A stretch of DNA of 63,820 bases, the filler included, from Stramenopiles sp. TOSAG23-6 (taxonomy: Eukaryota): NCBI GenBank assembly GCA_900128565.1. It is 13 parts of 13 records of this genome, joined end to end, with 100 filler letters (N's around TTAATTAATTAA, not from the genome) between each part and the next. Parts side by side here need not be neighbours in the genome. Positions count along the whole stretch, not along the records: positions 33,139 to 39,625 come from LT636686.1; positions 39,726 to 46,209 come from LT636687.1; 11 more parts are not named here. One strand, given 5' to 3'. Under the pieces are notes generated by a model. It saw only the letters and a program-made list of their open reading frames with translations, made no database searches and had not been told where the DNA came from. Numbering within the stretch: the first letter of the stretch is position 1; the number at the start of each line of letters is the position of its first letter. Positions 36,101 through 46,209 of this stretch are shown one piece after another. A program made the translations under genes and the position numbers.

Positions 36101-38529
36101 CATTTGATTTTGTTGGTGCTTGTGAAGTTCTTCTTGTGCTTTAATAGCTTCACTCAGAACCTTTTCTCTGTCCGATATTGCCGCGGTGTCCGCAACAGCA
36201 TGCAAATTAGCACTTCGCGAAAGTGCTGACTTTGCCCCCAAACGCCACAATGTTTTGTGTTTTGCTTTCTTTGCACGCTGTTCCATTTCCTCTAATTCTT
36301 TAGTTGCTTTTAACTTCATCTTGTTTAATTCAAATGCTTGCCGCTTTGCCATTTCTTCGCTTTGACGCTCGAGTGCTTCGGCTAAATCCTTCTGCTGTTG
36401 AAGCTGCTGAGCTTGAAGTTTTTCCCGGCGTATGATATTCTTTTCAGCTTCTGTTCTTTTGATGTCTTTTATTTGAGCAGGTGTCATTTTCATGACTATA
36501 CGCGCACCCAACTTCCATTTATTGCGCAACTTACGGGAAGCGAGCTTCTCGGCATTAGATTTGTTTATCGCCATCAGTTTTTGAGATTTTTCGTGTCGTA
36601 ACTCTGTAGTCTTTTTCACCCATTTTGCAAATCCAAGGCGGATCATTAATCGCTGCCCACCGCAAGTTGCCATGTTAAATACACGAAATGCCATTTTACG
36701 AGCAACATCATCGGCATGTTGAACCATTAGATCTGTAGCTGCCTCAAGATCATGCTTTGCTTTCAACTCCCGTTCTTGAGCTTCTGCTGCCATAGCCTCT
36801 ATTTCAGCTTGTTTGCTAGCAATTTCAGACTCCCGCAAATCTCGTTCTTCGACAACCTGGGCAAGTGCACTTTTGAGAAGTTCTTCCTTTGTACGACGTC
36901 GATCCTTGTTTGCTGCAAGCAATAAACGTGCCATTAAAGCCTTTTTATCCTTACCTTGAGCATCTTCTTTAGCTTGATTCAGTAGTTCTTCTTTAGTCCT
37001 ACTATTATTTTGCTCATTTTCCAACTGATTCTGGAGTGATTTAAGTGAATCGCTATTTTCATTCAGAACAACCTCATGGAACTTTGAAGCTTCCGCCAAA
37101 TTTTCTTCAACAGTGGCAAGAAGTTCCGCTTTCGTCTTATATTGATGCTTTGCAGCCGCTAGCATCATGCGAGATGCCATTGATGATTTTTTGCCCATCC
37201 TTTGAGATTGTCGCAAATCACGTTGTGCATCCGCAATAAGCTGTTCCTTTGAGGAAAGGCTTCTTTGCATATTCGCAAGGTCCTTCTTTGTAGTGATTAA
37301 TTCGGATTCTCGCTTATTCAATTCTTCACGAAGTTTATCTGCCTCTATTTTCTTCTTTTGGGCTTCAGCTTTCTTTTCTGTAACAGATTTTAATTGTGTC
37401 TGGAGCTTATTTGCTGTTATTGTGTGATGTATAGCTTGTTTGTATCTATTAGAATTATTTAAAGCTTTCCAATGAGAAACAACAGTTGAACAGGTCCATT
37501 TTCGGAATGCAACACTCAATACTTTTGAAGCCCGAGCAAAAACCCATCCTATCATGGCGCGTATTCCTGCTCGTCTTTGGCGTCTATTCATTGCTGCTGT
37601 TTTCATAAATTGTTTCCAATTCTCTCCCGCAATTGAAGCCCGCGTCGTTGACTTAGAACTATAAAGTTCTAATTGCAAACTTTCGCGCACAGCCATATCA
37701 GTGTGAGAACGCCAAGTTGAAAGAACTTGTATTTTACGACGTCTTAGGAGTGTTTCAAGAATTGAAAATATCATGGTAGTGCCTCGCGCACGCTGCATAG
37801 TTTTAAAATCTATATCGCGATTCTCATGCAACGCTGCACGAATTGTATTAACAGACCACCGGTGAAACGCAAAGCTTTTGACTTTTATGTCTAAAGAATC
37901 ACAATAAGTACAAAGTCTAATAACTGACTCTCTTTGTAATTCCTCGAAGAAACGCTGCTCAAAACACTCAGTTTGCCACTGGTGTAATGCCTGTGACTTT
38001 CGTCGCTTAATTGCAGCGATTGCATGGTTGACTAAAATTCTTGCCGAGTGTAAATACTCTTGTTCTTTGCGATCTTCTAGTGCTTGCTTTGACAATCTTT
38101 CTTGTATTTCTGCTTCATGTGAGAGTGCTTTTTCCTCTTGAAGATTGTGGAGACGAAGTAATTCATTTTGATGTGTCTTAGATATCTCCTCGAGTGCTTT
38201 AATTTTGTCTTGTTCGTGTTGACGTAATAAATTGGCTTCTTCTTGTGCGTGTTCCGCTTCGATTTTAGTAATGTCTTCTTTCATCTTGGCCAACATTCTC
38301 GTCTCTGTTTTCATCTGTAAATTCTTCACCTTTAGGTCCGCTTTTGCATCAGCATCCTTCTGAAGTTCGGCCACTTGAGATAATTGATCTGTACTTAATT
38401 TATCATCTTTTCCAGCATTTGTGTTCGATACCATTGTCAGTATCCGCGCTTTTTCGGCCTCTAGATTACTATTAGCTTCTGCTTTTAGACGCAACAGTTC
38501 TTTCTCTATCTCCTTTTTCATACTATTTT
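33139..38529 (-). CDS. Giant coiled-coil protein fragment with dispersed EF-hand-like loops and W-containing helical repeats
   Basis: Open frame of about 1800 aa. DVNGDG, DSDNDG and DEDGDG loops are each followed by a ..A.V..LQ helix. Confidence 0.75.
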
Positions 38530-39625
38530 CAAGAGGAAAAGGATCGGGCTTTAGAAGATGTTAAACTCATGAAAAAGCTGTTACTTGCCCAAGAGCAAAA
38601 AATAGCGATGCAAGAAGCAGCTGCAGATACTCGTATCGCTGACCAGGCCGCAAAACATGAAAGCTTAATCAAAGCTCGAAATATTGAGCTCGAAAAGTTG
38701 AGATCGGCAAATCTACAAAATGTACAACCAAATACAGACAAAGTTAAATTCTCGAGAAAGCGACGTGTTGGATGGGGTGATGCAAAACGAGCAGTGAATA
38801 TTCATAAACAGACACAGAAACGCATTGAAGATGAGGTTCGATTAGCACGTCAGCGTGACCGTGAAAAGTTTGAAGCACTCCGACAACAGAATGAGGAGCG
38901 TATGAGAGAGCGCGAAGCTCAATGGAAATTAAAAGCGGCGGAGCAAATGGCTCAACAGCAACAACAGCTTGCACAACAGTGGTCTGCAGAACAAAATCGC
39001 TTAATTGAAATTGCTGCAATGGAAAGGACGGAACAAGAACAACAAGCGAAAAAACATCGCGAGCTTATTCGCAAACAGTTGAATGAACAACTTCAAAGGG
39101 AGAAGAAAGATGCCATCAATACGATAAACAAAGATATGGAGAAAGAAAGATTCAGGATTCAGACTGAAATGCAAGTTACCCTTGAAGATGAACAAAGGAA
39201 GGTACGCGAGCGAATTCAACAGGAACTTGAAGCTAAAAAAATAGAATTACGCGAACATAATCAAAAGGAACTCGAAGCTGAGAAAAAACGAATTTTAGAA
39301 TCCGCCGATGAAGATGGAGATGGAAAACTAAGTGAGAATGAAAAAGCGGATGTATTGCGTTTACAATATGAAGCGGAGATTCGCGCCAAGGACAATGAGT
39401 ATGCTGCTCTACGCGAAGTTGAAGCAAAGGCATTAAAACGCGAAGAAATCGCCCGGGAAGAACTCAAAGTAAAGACTACAGAACGCGAAGCAGCAGTATT
39501 ACGCGAAGCGGAAGCAAAAGCTGAAGCAAAGGAACTTAGTCTTCAATTAGAAACAGAAAAGAAAAAGCGTAAAAAAGAAGAAGAACTAAAACTGGCACAT
39601 GCAGAGCAACTTGAAAAACTTCAAA
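38530..39625 (+). repeat. Inverted duplicate of 33139-34234 (chimeric fold-back)
   Basis: Exact reverse complement, with an abrupt junction inside coding sequence. Confidence 0.9.
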
Positions 39626-39725
39626 NNNNNNNNNNNNNNNNNNNNNNNNNNNNNNNNNNNNNNNNNNNNTTAATTAATTAANNNNNNNNNNNNNNNNNNN
39701 NNNNNNNNNNNNNNNNNNNNNNNNN

Positions 39726-39779
39726 GTACGAAATTTTGTACCTAACGATTTTTTTTTGAAATATTTTTTCACAATACTT
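39726..39779 (+). other. Non-canonical intron, 3' part (..CACAATAC-TT)
   Basis: Core plus 3' motif at the contig start. Confidence 0.7.
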
Positions 39780-40339
39780 GCTTAATGTTTCTCGATCTTG
39801 TCTTGAAGATGATTTGCAAAATTTGAAACGATACAAAATTGATTGGCCATTAATTATGAAACTTACTGAACTTCAGATTATTAATTTATCAGAAGAGAAA
39901 CGGGCCTATTTTTCAAACTTTTTTACTTCTACATTGGTACAACAACTTCTAGACGATGTATGTTTTATTTTTTTTCAATTTAAAATTTATTTTTCGTACG
40001 AAATTTTGTACCTAATGATTTTTTTTGAAATATTTTTCCAAAATACTTGAAAGGCGTTTACGAATGCAAGCAGTTAAATCCGAATACGCTGAACTTGAAA
40101 ATCTTATGGTTCAAGCAATGATTGAAATAGAGAAAGGTACACCACAAGCATTTAAAAAATACTTGAAGAAAATGGTAGAAAAATCCAAACTTAAAAAAAT
40201 AGCGACTCTATATATTCATGATTATGATGATAACGAAATTTGCTCCGATATTGGGATGTGTAGTCCTTCTGAGTTGGAAATTCCAAAGCAACCGTATATT
40301 TGGCCTTGGATGGCACGATTCTTACCTGGTGGGAGGTAA
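39780..40339 (+). CDS. Hypothetical protein C-terminus with a possible saposin-B-like end (EICSDIGMC), 2 exons visible (copy at 46364-46923)
   Basis: Intron 39958-40048 joins QQLLDD to ERRLRMQ. Confidence 0.55.
39958..40048 (+). other. Non-canonical intron GT..TT (91 nt; copy at 46542-46632)
   Basis: AT|GTATGTTTT...core...CCAAAATAC-TT|GAA. The first downstream AG leads to an early stop. Confidence 0.8.
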
Positions 40340-40550
40340 TAGATGTAATACGTAGTAATGGGTAATAGTATAATACTATTGAATTGAAAGTGAGATGATA
40401 TAAAAAATAAAAAAAAAGTAAAAAAAAAGTAAAATCATGAATTTCAAAATAAAAATAATCGCGAAATTTCAAAAAAACGCCGTATCTTTCTAAAAAAGAA
40501 ATGATAGTACACAACAAAATTTAATTATAAGAAAATATTTATAGATTACA

Positions 40551-41138
40551 ATGAAACGTAAAGTGGTTATCGAAAGGTCAAAGAATAACTCGGGAGAGCA
40601 GAGTGATTCTGGAGATGAGTCGGTATCGAAACGGAGAAAACGGCTCATGATAAGACACCGGAGTAAACACTGGAAACTAGTTGTAGATGACAAAGGGGAA
40701 GATTCAATAGTGGAAGAGAATATTTTACAAGGTGACCCAACAGAACCCCCGGAAAATTCAAACGATTCACTTGTAGATTCATCAAAAGATAAAAACGATA
40801 TATTACCAGCGATACATCCTCCTGTTGCTTCACAAAGTAATTCCGGGCCCAAGTCAACACCAAGGCTTTTAATTAGACATAGAAGTAAAGCTTTTTTAAA
40901 CACAGGCGAAACTAGTGAATCTGAAGTTGCTTTAAATGATAATGATAGTCATCACGATGAAAGTCAGGGCGATATTACAGAATTTCCCAGTATTAGTGAA
41001 ACATCCGAAGCCGTTGACTACGCTTCTTCACCAGAAGAATCTTCTACTGCTAAAGGTCAAACAAAACTCTCCGATGAAGATGAGCAAGTTGCTGCTGCGA
41101 AAGCGCTTCTTCAGTTATCACCACGAGCTAAATCATAG
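40551..41138 (+). CDS. Acidic, disordered hypothetical protein (copy at 47135-47722)
   Basis: ATG-to-TAG ORF with a repeated LxIRHRSK and C-terminal AAAKALLQLS. Confidence 0.55.
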   Translation: MKRKVVIERSKNNSGEQSDSGDESVSKRRKRLMIRHRSKHWKLVVDDKGEDSIVEENILQGDPTEPPENSNDSLVDSSKDKNDILPAIHPPVASQSNSGPKSTPRLLIRHRSKAFLNTGETSESEVALNDNDSHHDESQGDITEFPSISETSEAVDYASSPEESSTAKGQTKLSDEDEQVAAAKALLQLSPRAKS

Positions 41139-41252
41139 TGTATCTCTCTCTCTCTTTCTTCNCCCCCCCCCCCATGAAATATAAACCCTGTTCATATATG
41201 TAAGCTCCATATAAAACATTTGAAATAAATTTTATAGAAAGTAAAAAATAAT

Positions 41253-42983
41253 TCACCAAACTTCCTCTTTTTCGGCCACGGGCTCAGTTTTTTTTGGAGA
41301 GTTATGAACACCGTTACTATTTCCTTTCTCTTCATTGTTATCACCACCCATTTTATTAATAAGCTTATCCAAGAGGCCCCACTTTTGATTCCTTCGAAGT
41401 TTTTCAATTTCATTACATAAATCCTCTTTATCTTTCCAGAGTTTTTTANCACNTTCNAGNTTTTTTTTNTTNANTTGNTTTTTTCTGGGCTAGCATTTGC
41501 TTTGTTCGAAAAGTTTTACGCTCGTTTTCTATCCCAAGCATTCTAGCTTTGAATTCAAGTTTCCTCTGGATTTTTTCTACGTTATCCAATTTGTCCTTCA
41601 GCATGTTAATGAAAAAATATGTCACCAAAGTTTTTTTGTTAGGTACAAAATGTAGTATAAAAGAAAAAAAAAATTATTCATGAAAATATACCTCATTTCA
41701 GCGAGAATGTTTTTGCGTTTTCGTTCTTCATCGCGCTTTTCTCTTGCAATTTTCTGCCTTGTCTCTTTTTGCATGCGTTTTTCAATGATCTCCTTAATAC
41801 GATTCTTCTTAATTTGTTCCGCAGCTTCAAACTTTTTCTTCCGAAATTCAGCTGCAGCCTTTAAGTATGCCTCTCTTTTACGCCGTTCAATTTCTTCAAT
41901 TTTCTCCTTTTCTTTTCGATATATTGCAGCTTCTTCTTGTTTTTTCGTGTAATCGTCTATAATTTTTTGCTGCTTGAAAGCATCGCGTTCTAACGCTTTT
42001 GCTATTCTGAGTTTACTTTTATCCCGCACTTTTTGGCGTTCAATTCTCATTAATCTATTTGCTTCATCCATTCGTTCTAATCTGATTTGATTTGCGAGTT
42101 CCATATCCTTCATTTTTTGAAGTAGACGTTGTCGCTCATTTTTTTCAGCTTCTTCTGCATCTTCTTTTTTCTTTATTGCAGCTTTTACTGAGGCCGCATC
42201 GCGTTTTCTTTGCTCCCTTTGAAATGCTAATAATTCAGCTGCTTTTTTTTCCTTTGCAATTTTTCTCTCTCTATAATCTTTCTTTGCTTGCTCACGTGCA
42301 AGAGCACGTTCCTGTTTCAATCTTTGTTTTTTTTCAACATCTCTCTGACGCCGTAATTCTGCATTCGCAATTTGTCTGTCTTTACGTTCTTTGTTTCGTT
42401 TTTCTGTTTCTTTCTGTTCCCTTGCTCGTTTTGCTGCAGCTTCTGCAGTAACTTTGTTCATTGTCTTCTCAAATTCAATTACTCCTTCAATCTCTCGACG
42501 TTGTCTATCTCTGATAGCTTTCATTCTGATCATTTCAGCTTTGATCATTGAACTATTATCACCACCTCCTGACTTCATGGAATTTGCAAGAACCTGTGCA
42601 GCAACAGCGGAACCAAATCCTTTCTTCTCCCGTGGAGGTGCTTTATTTGTAACAACTTCACCACGAGAGTTGCATTCGTTTCTTATTACATCTTCACGAG
42701 TTTGCTGAAGTTCCCAAAGCTTTCGCTGACGCTTATCTTCAAAATGTTTGTACTTCACAACAGCTAATTGCTTCCGCAAAGCAATATTTTTATTTTTTTT
42801 ATCACTAAATGTGTGTATTGCTCGGCGTTGAAGTTCTTCTTTTGAAAACCCACAACGCTCGGCAGCAAATGAAACTCTAGGTGTACCTAGTCGTATAAGA
42901 AAATCCTCTTGTTCCTCAGTAACTCTAGGACGTTTTGATTTCCCCTTCATACCAGCCACGCCATCTCTGGAAGATCTTACCAT
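41253..42983 (-). CDS. Charged coiled-coil protein (flagellar-associated-like), 2 exons, low-quality bases near 41450 (copy at 47837-49567)
   Basis: Long R/K/E-rich helix. Intron 41603-41691 joins AEMR to LKDKLDNVEK. Confidence 0.65.
41603..41691 (-). other. Non-canonical intron GT..AT (89 nt; copy at 48187-48275)
   Basis: AG|GTATATTTT...TTTTGTACCTAAC...TTCATTAAC-AT|G is in frame. Confidence 0.75.
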
Positions 42984-43154
42984 ACTCTTCTATACTGCTT
43001 TAATCACCGATTTGTTTCAGTTTTGCTGAAAGATACAAGATGTTGATTGGATAATAGTACTACCTTCAAAACGAACGTTTCATAAAAAAAAAAACACGAA
43101 ATATACGATTTTTATTTTTTCGAAGATGTATTGCCAATATTTAGATTAGTTCTG

Positions 43155-44584
43155 TCAAATAGGAGAGTCAAATATAGGTTTCATGTAATCTTTACCATAG
43201 CATACAATGAGAAGTTCATTAACCAGCGAATCTGTTGGAACGAGGACATCAATTCCCCAAAGTTTTCCATTGACTTTGTATTGTAAAAAAATATTAAAAA
43301 AAAAGAATCCTTAGGTACAAAATTTCGTACGAAAAATATTGAAATTTTAAAATGGACAACATACAAATTATCCGTAAATGCTCTTTCATAGTTCTTCCAC
43401 GGCCCGACAGTTACTGTGTCTGGAACAATATCGACATGAAGGTCACCTTTATAATCTTGATCACATTGTGAATAAACCCTATCATTAATAGTGTATGGCT
43501 CTGTACATGAAAATTTGATCAATTGTGCTTGAACACCATTATAGTTCAATTTCTCCATATTTTGAACTCTTTTATCATGTATTGTGAAAAATTATTTTTT
43601 TTTTTTTTTCGGTAAAAAAAAAAAAAAAAAAATCGTTAGGTACACAATTTCGTATGAAAAAATAAATTCGAAATTGAAAAGAAAACCTACATATTGCAAA
43701 TTATTTTCATTATCAGAACATTTAGATGCATCGCATGTTAATGTTTGACTATATTTTTTCCAAGAATTTAAAACAGTTTCATCTCGTAAATTCACGCGAA
43801 GGTCCACATCATCATCATGAATAATAGGTTCTCCTCTCTTGAATTCTAATAGAGTTCCATTAGAAAGTGTTTATTGTGAAAAATATTTTTTTTTTTAAAA
43901 ATATCGTTAGGTACGAAATTTCATACCAAAAAAAAAAAGATTGAAAATCATCATGAAAACGTACATTACTGGAATATGATTTTTTTTCATTGTAGATGTT
44001 ATTGCTTTAAGTATTGCAACTCTATATTGATATACATAGCTATAATTTTCAGGTGTTATTTTTATCTGAGAGTGTTGATATTTATCAGCGATGGGATTTT
44101 CATTGTTCTTTTTATCTTTGATGTCTTCGATATCTTCATTATTTTTTGATATTGTTATTTCTGTTGTAGTAGCATCGCTAGTTGCTTCAATATTATCACC
44201 AGTCTTTATATTTTCATTATTTGTATTATGCCCTGCTTTATCCTCTTTGATATTACCATCATTCGTTTCAACAATATCCGCAACGTTACTCGCAATAATC
44301 TTATCAACGGTCTCATTATTATCCGGTGTATAAAGCTCAGGAAATGTTTTATCGTCACTCTTTAAGCTCTTTAACTTTGCTTTGAACCTTGAATTATCTT
44401 TTTTATTCTGAGATTTTACGGGTTTCATTAAATACGTACTGATACGATTAGCCCATACCTCTGATGTATTGTCAAGTTTGAGATAGTCAGAACCAAACCG
44501 TTTCCTTGACGACAAAGTAGCCAAGTTTTTTGCTGTAGAAAAATTGACAGATAAAACAAGTAAAAAGAATTCAAAGAATTGCAT
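43155..44584 (-). CDS. LicD-family phosphocholine/nucleotidyl transferase with a signal peptide, 4 exons (copy at 49739-51168)
   Basis: Spliced product contains HIPVILSNGTLLEFKRGEPIIHDDDVD, LHVDI, and GKLWGIDVLVPTD...CYGKDYMKP. Confidence 0.8.
43276..43364 (-). other. Non-canonical intron GT..AA (89 nt)
   Basis: TT|GTATGTTG...core...TACAATAC-AA|AGTC. Using the AG 2 nt downstream gives a stop within a few codons. Confidence 0.8.
43577..43690 (-). other. Non-canonical intron GT..AT (114 nt)
   Basis: AT|GTAGGTTTT...core...CACAATAC-AT|GAT is in frame. Confidence 0.8.
43869..43964 (-). other. Non-canonical intron GT..AC (96 nt)
   Basis: AT|GTACGTTTT...CGTACCTAAC...CACAATAA-AC|ACTT restores IPVILSNGTLL. 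Confidence 0.8.
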
Positions 44585-44831
44585 TGTTCTTCCAAGCAAA
44601 TTCTTGTGATTGTGCGAAAATTAGACGTGTGTACAATTCACCCAAAGTACCACACAGTTGTAGAATATTCTATGTGGTGGTTTATGTTGTTTGACGTTAT
44701 TTTTGAATTTTTTTGAAAAATTTTTGAAATCGAAATCGAAATATTTTTCCGAATAGAATACATCCGAAATCGCCTAAAAATGTTTCACAACAACTATATT
44801 TACTATTTTATATACATGAATACATTGAACA

Positions 44832-46143
44832 TTATAAATCAACATGAATGCCCGAACATAGGCCTTTACCTTGTAAGTAGTTATGGTGAATCGATCTCAT
44901 TTGAGTTTCAGAAAGTCCAGAAAGTGAAGCTGATCCCTCGACACATCCTTGGTTCTCAATATCTATGAAAAAGGGCAAATCTATAGGTGTTATTTTTAAT
45001 TCTTTTTGTAGCCAATAAGCAACACTAACATCTTCCAAGGTTCCAATTGCTTTAAGAGTGCCTCTTTGTGCTTTTCTACTCAAAAACTCTACTAAATCAT
45101 GTGAAAGAATGTAGTGAGAACCATGGGCAAAAGGAGGGAAAGCTGCTCCATCAAAGTCAGAAAAGGGAACATAATTTCTATGAGATGGTTCGCGCATTGG
45201 CCAGACTTTTCGATGAAATCGTGTTGCCCAAACTTCCCCAAAAAATGCTTTTGATACGGGTGCTCCATTTTCAGGTCGTAGTTGCTTTACAATATTATCA
45301 AGTGTGACGTAGACATCAGCATCAATCATCAAAACATACTTAAAATTGAAGTGGGAAGTTATATACGCAAAGAATGACACAGTTTTTTGAACTAATGTAA
45401 AATAACTATCAATCACATCAATCGAATCTTCTAATAGTAAGTCTCCATATTTAGCTTGTTCCTCTTCAAGTTCTTTCTTTGCTTTATCCTTGTCAGCAAA
45501 TTTTGTCCAATCAGGTCGGCCGATGATGAATAAAATTTTTGTAGTACTGTTCGTATGATCACTACCCGATATCCAAGTTTCTCTTGCTGTCATCCGTCTT
45601 GACACGGATTTTGCAGCGACTTTTATACCTACAATGACATTTACATTTTTTTTCTTTATTTTTCTGAATTCACCAGATGTTGGTGTGTATTGTTTCAAAT
45701 AAACTGGTTGTTGTTTGGGTTGGTTAGTGGCAAATTTATCTTTGTCATGATCATTTGTGTAATAGACATCTTTTGGATGAAAGAGCATGGATTGCCCAAC
45801 AGCAGGTTGGAGTGAAAAATTGACATGATTTGTTTTACCAATAGCTTCATACAAAATATTACATGGTGCACTACCTAGCATACCTACACAATTATTCTTC
45901 TCTTTTGTAGCTTTTTGATTTGGTCGTATAACTACTCCGGCAGCGGATGTGTCCATTAGAGTTGCAGTCATGGAGTATTTTCCTGTGACCAAGTTTTTTA
46001 ATTGAACAACTGATGCAAAAAGACCTTCACACCAACGCCATTCTTTGCCTTTAGGTTCCAACAAATCCGGACCCTTCATTGTGAAACACATCGCAGTAGA
46101 TTCTTCATTACGTTCGTTGAAACTTTTAACATCGTCCACCAGA
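44832..46143 (-). CDS. GT31 beta-1,3-galactosyltransferase-like, 5'-partial (copy at 51416-52727)
   Basis: RRMTARETW, LEEEQAKYGDLL, DSYFTLVQKT, YVLMIDADVYV, FPPFAHGSHYILSHDLV, LEDVSVAYWL. Confidence 0.9.
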
Positions 46144-46209
46144 ATGTATTTTGAAAAAATATTTCAAAAAAAAAACTTAAATTTGTTAGGTACAAAATTT
46201 CGTACGAAA
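46144..46209 (-). other. Non-canonical intron, 3' part (..TCAAAATAC-AT)
   Basis: Core plus 3' motif at the contig end. Confidence 0.7.

Larger units (their letters stand above)
39726..46209. repeat. Contig present twice (second copy at 46310-52793)
   Basis: Identical, including ambiguous N positions; offset 6584. Confidence 0.95.

Noticed and set aside
38530-39625. Second, antisense copy of the coiled-coil gene
   Set aside because: Exact inverted duplicate that starts mid-gene; chimera.
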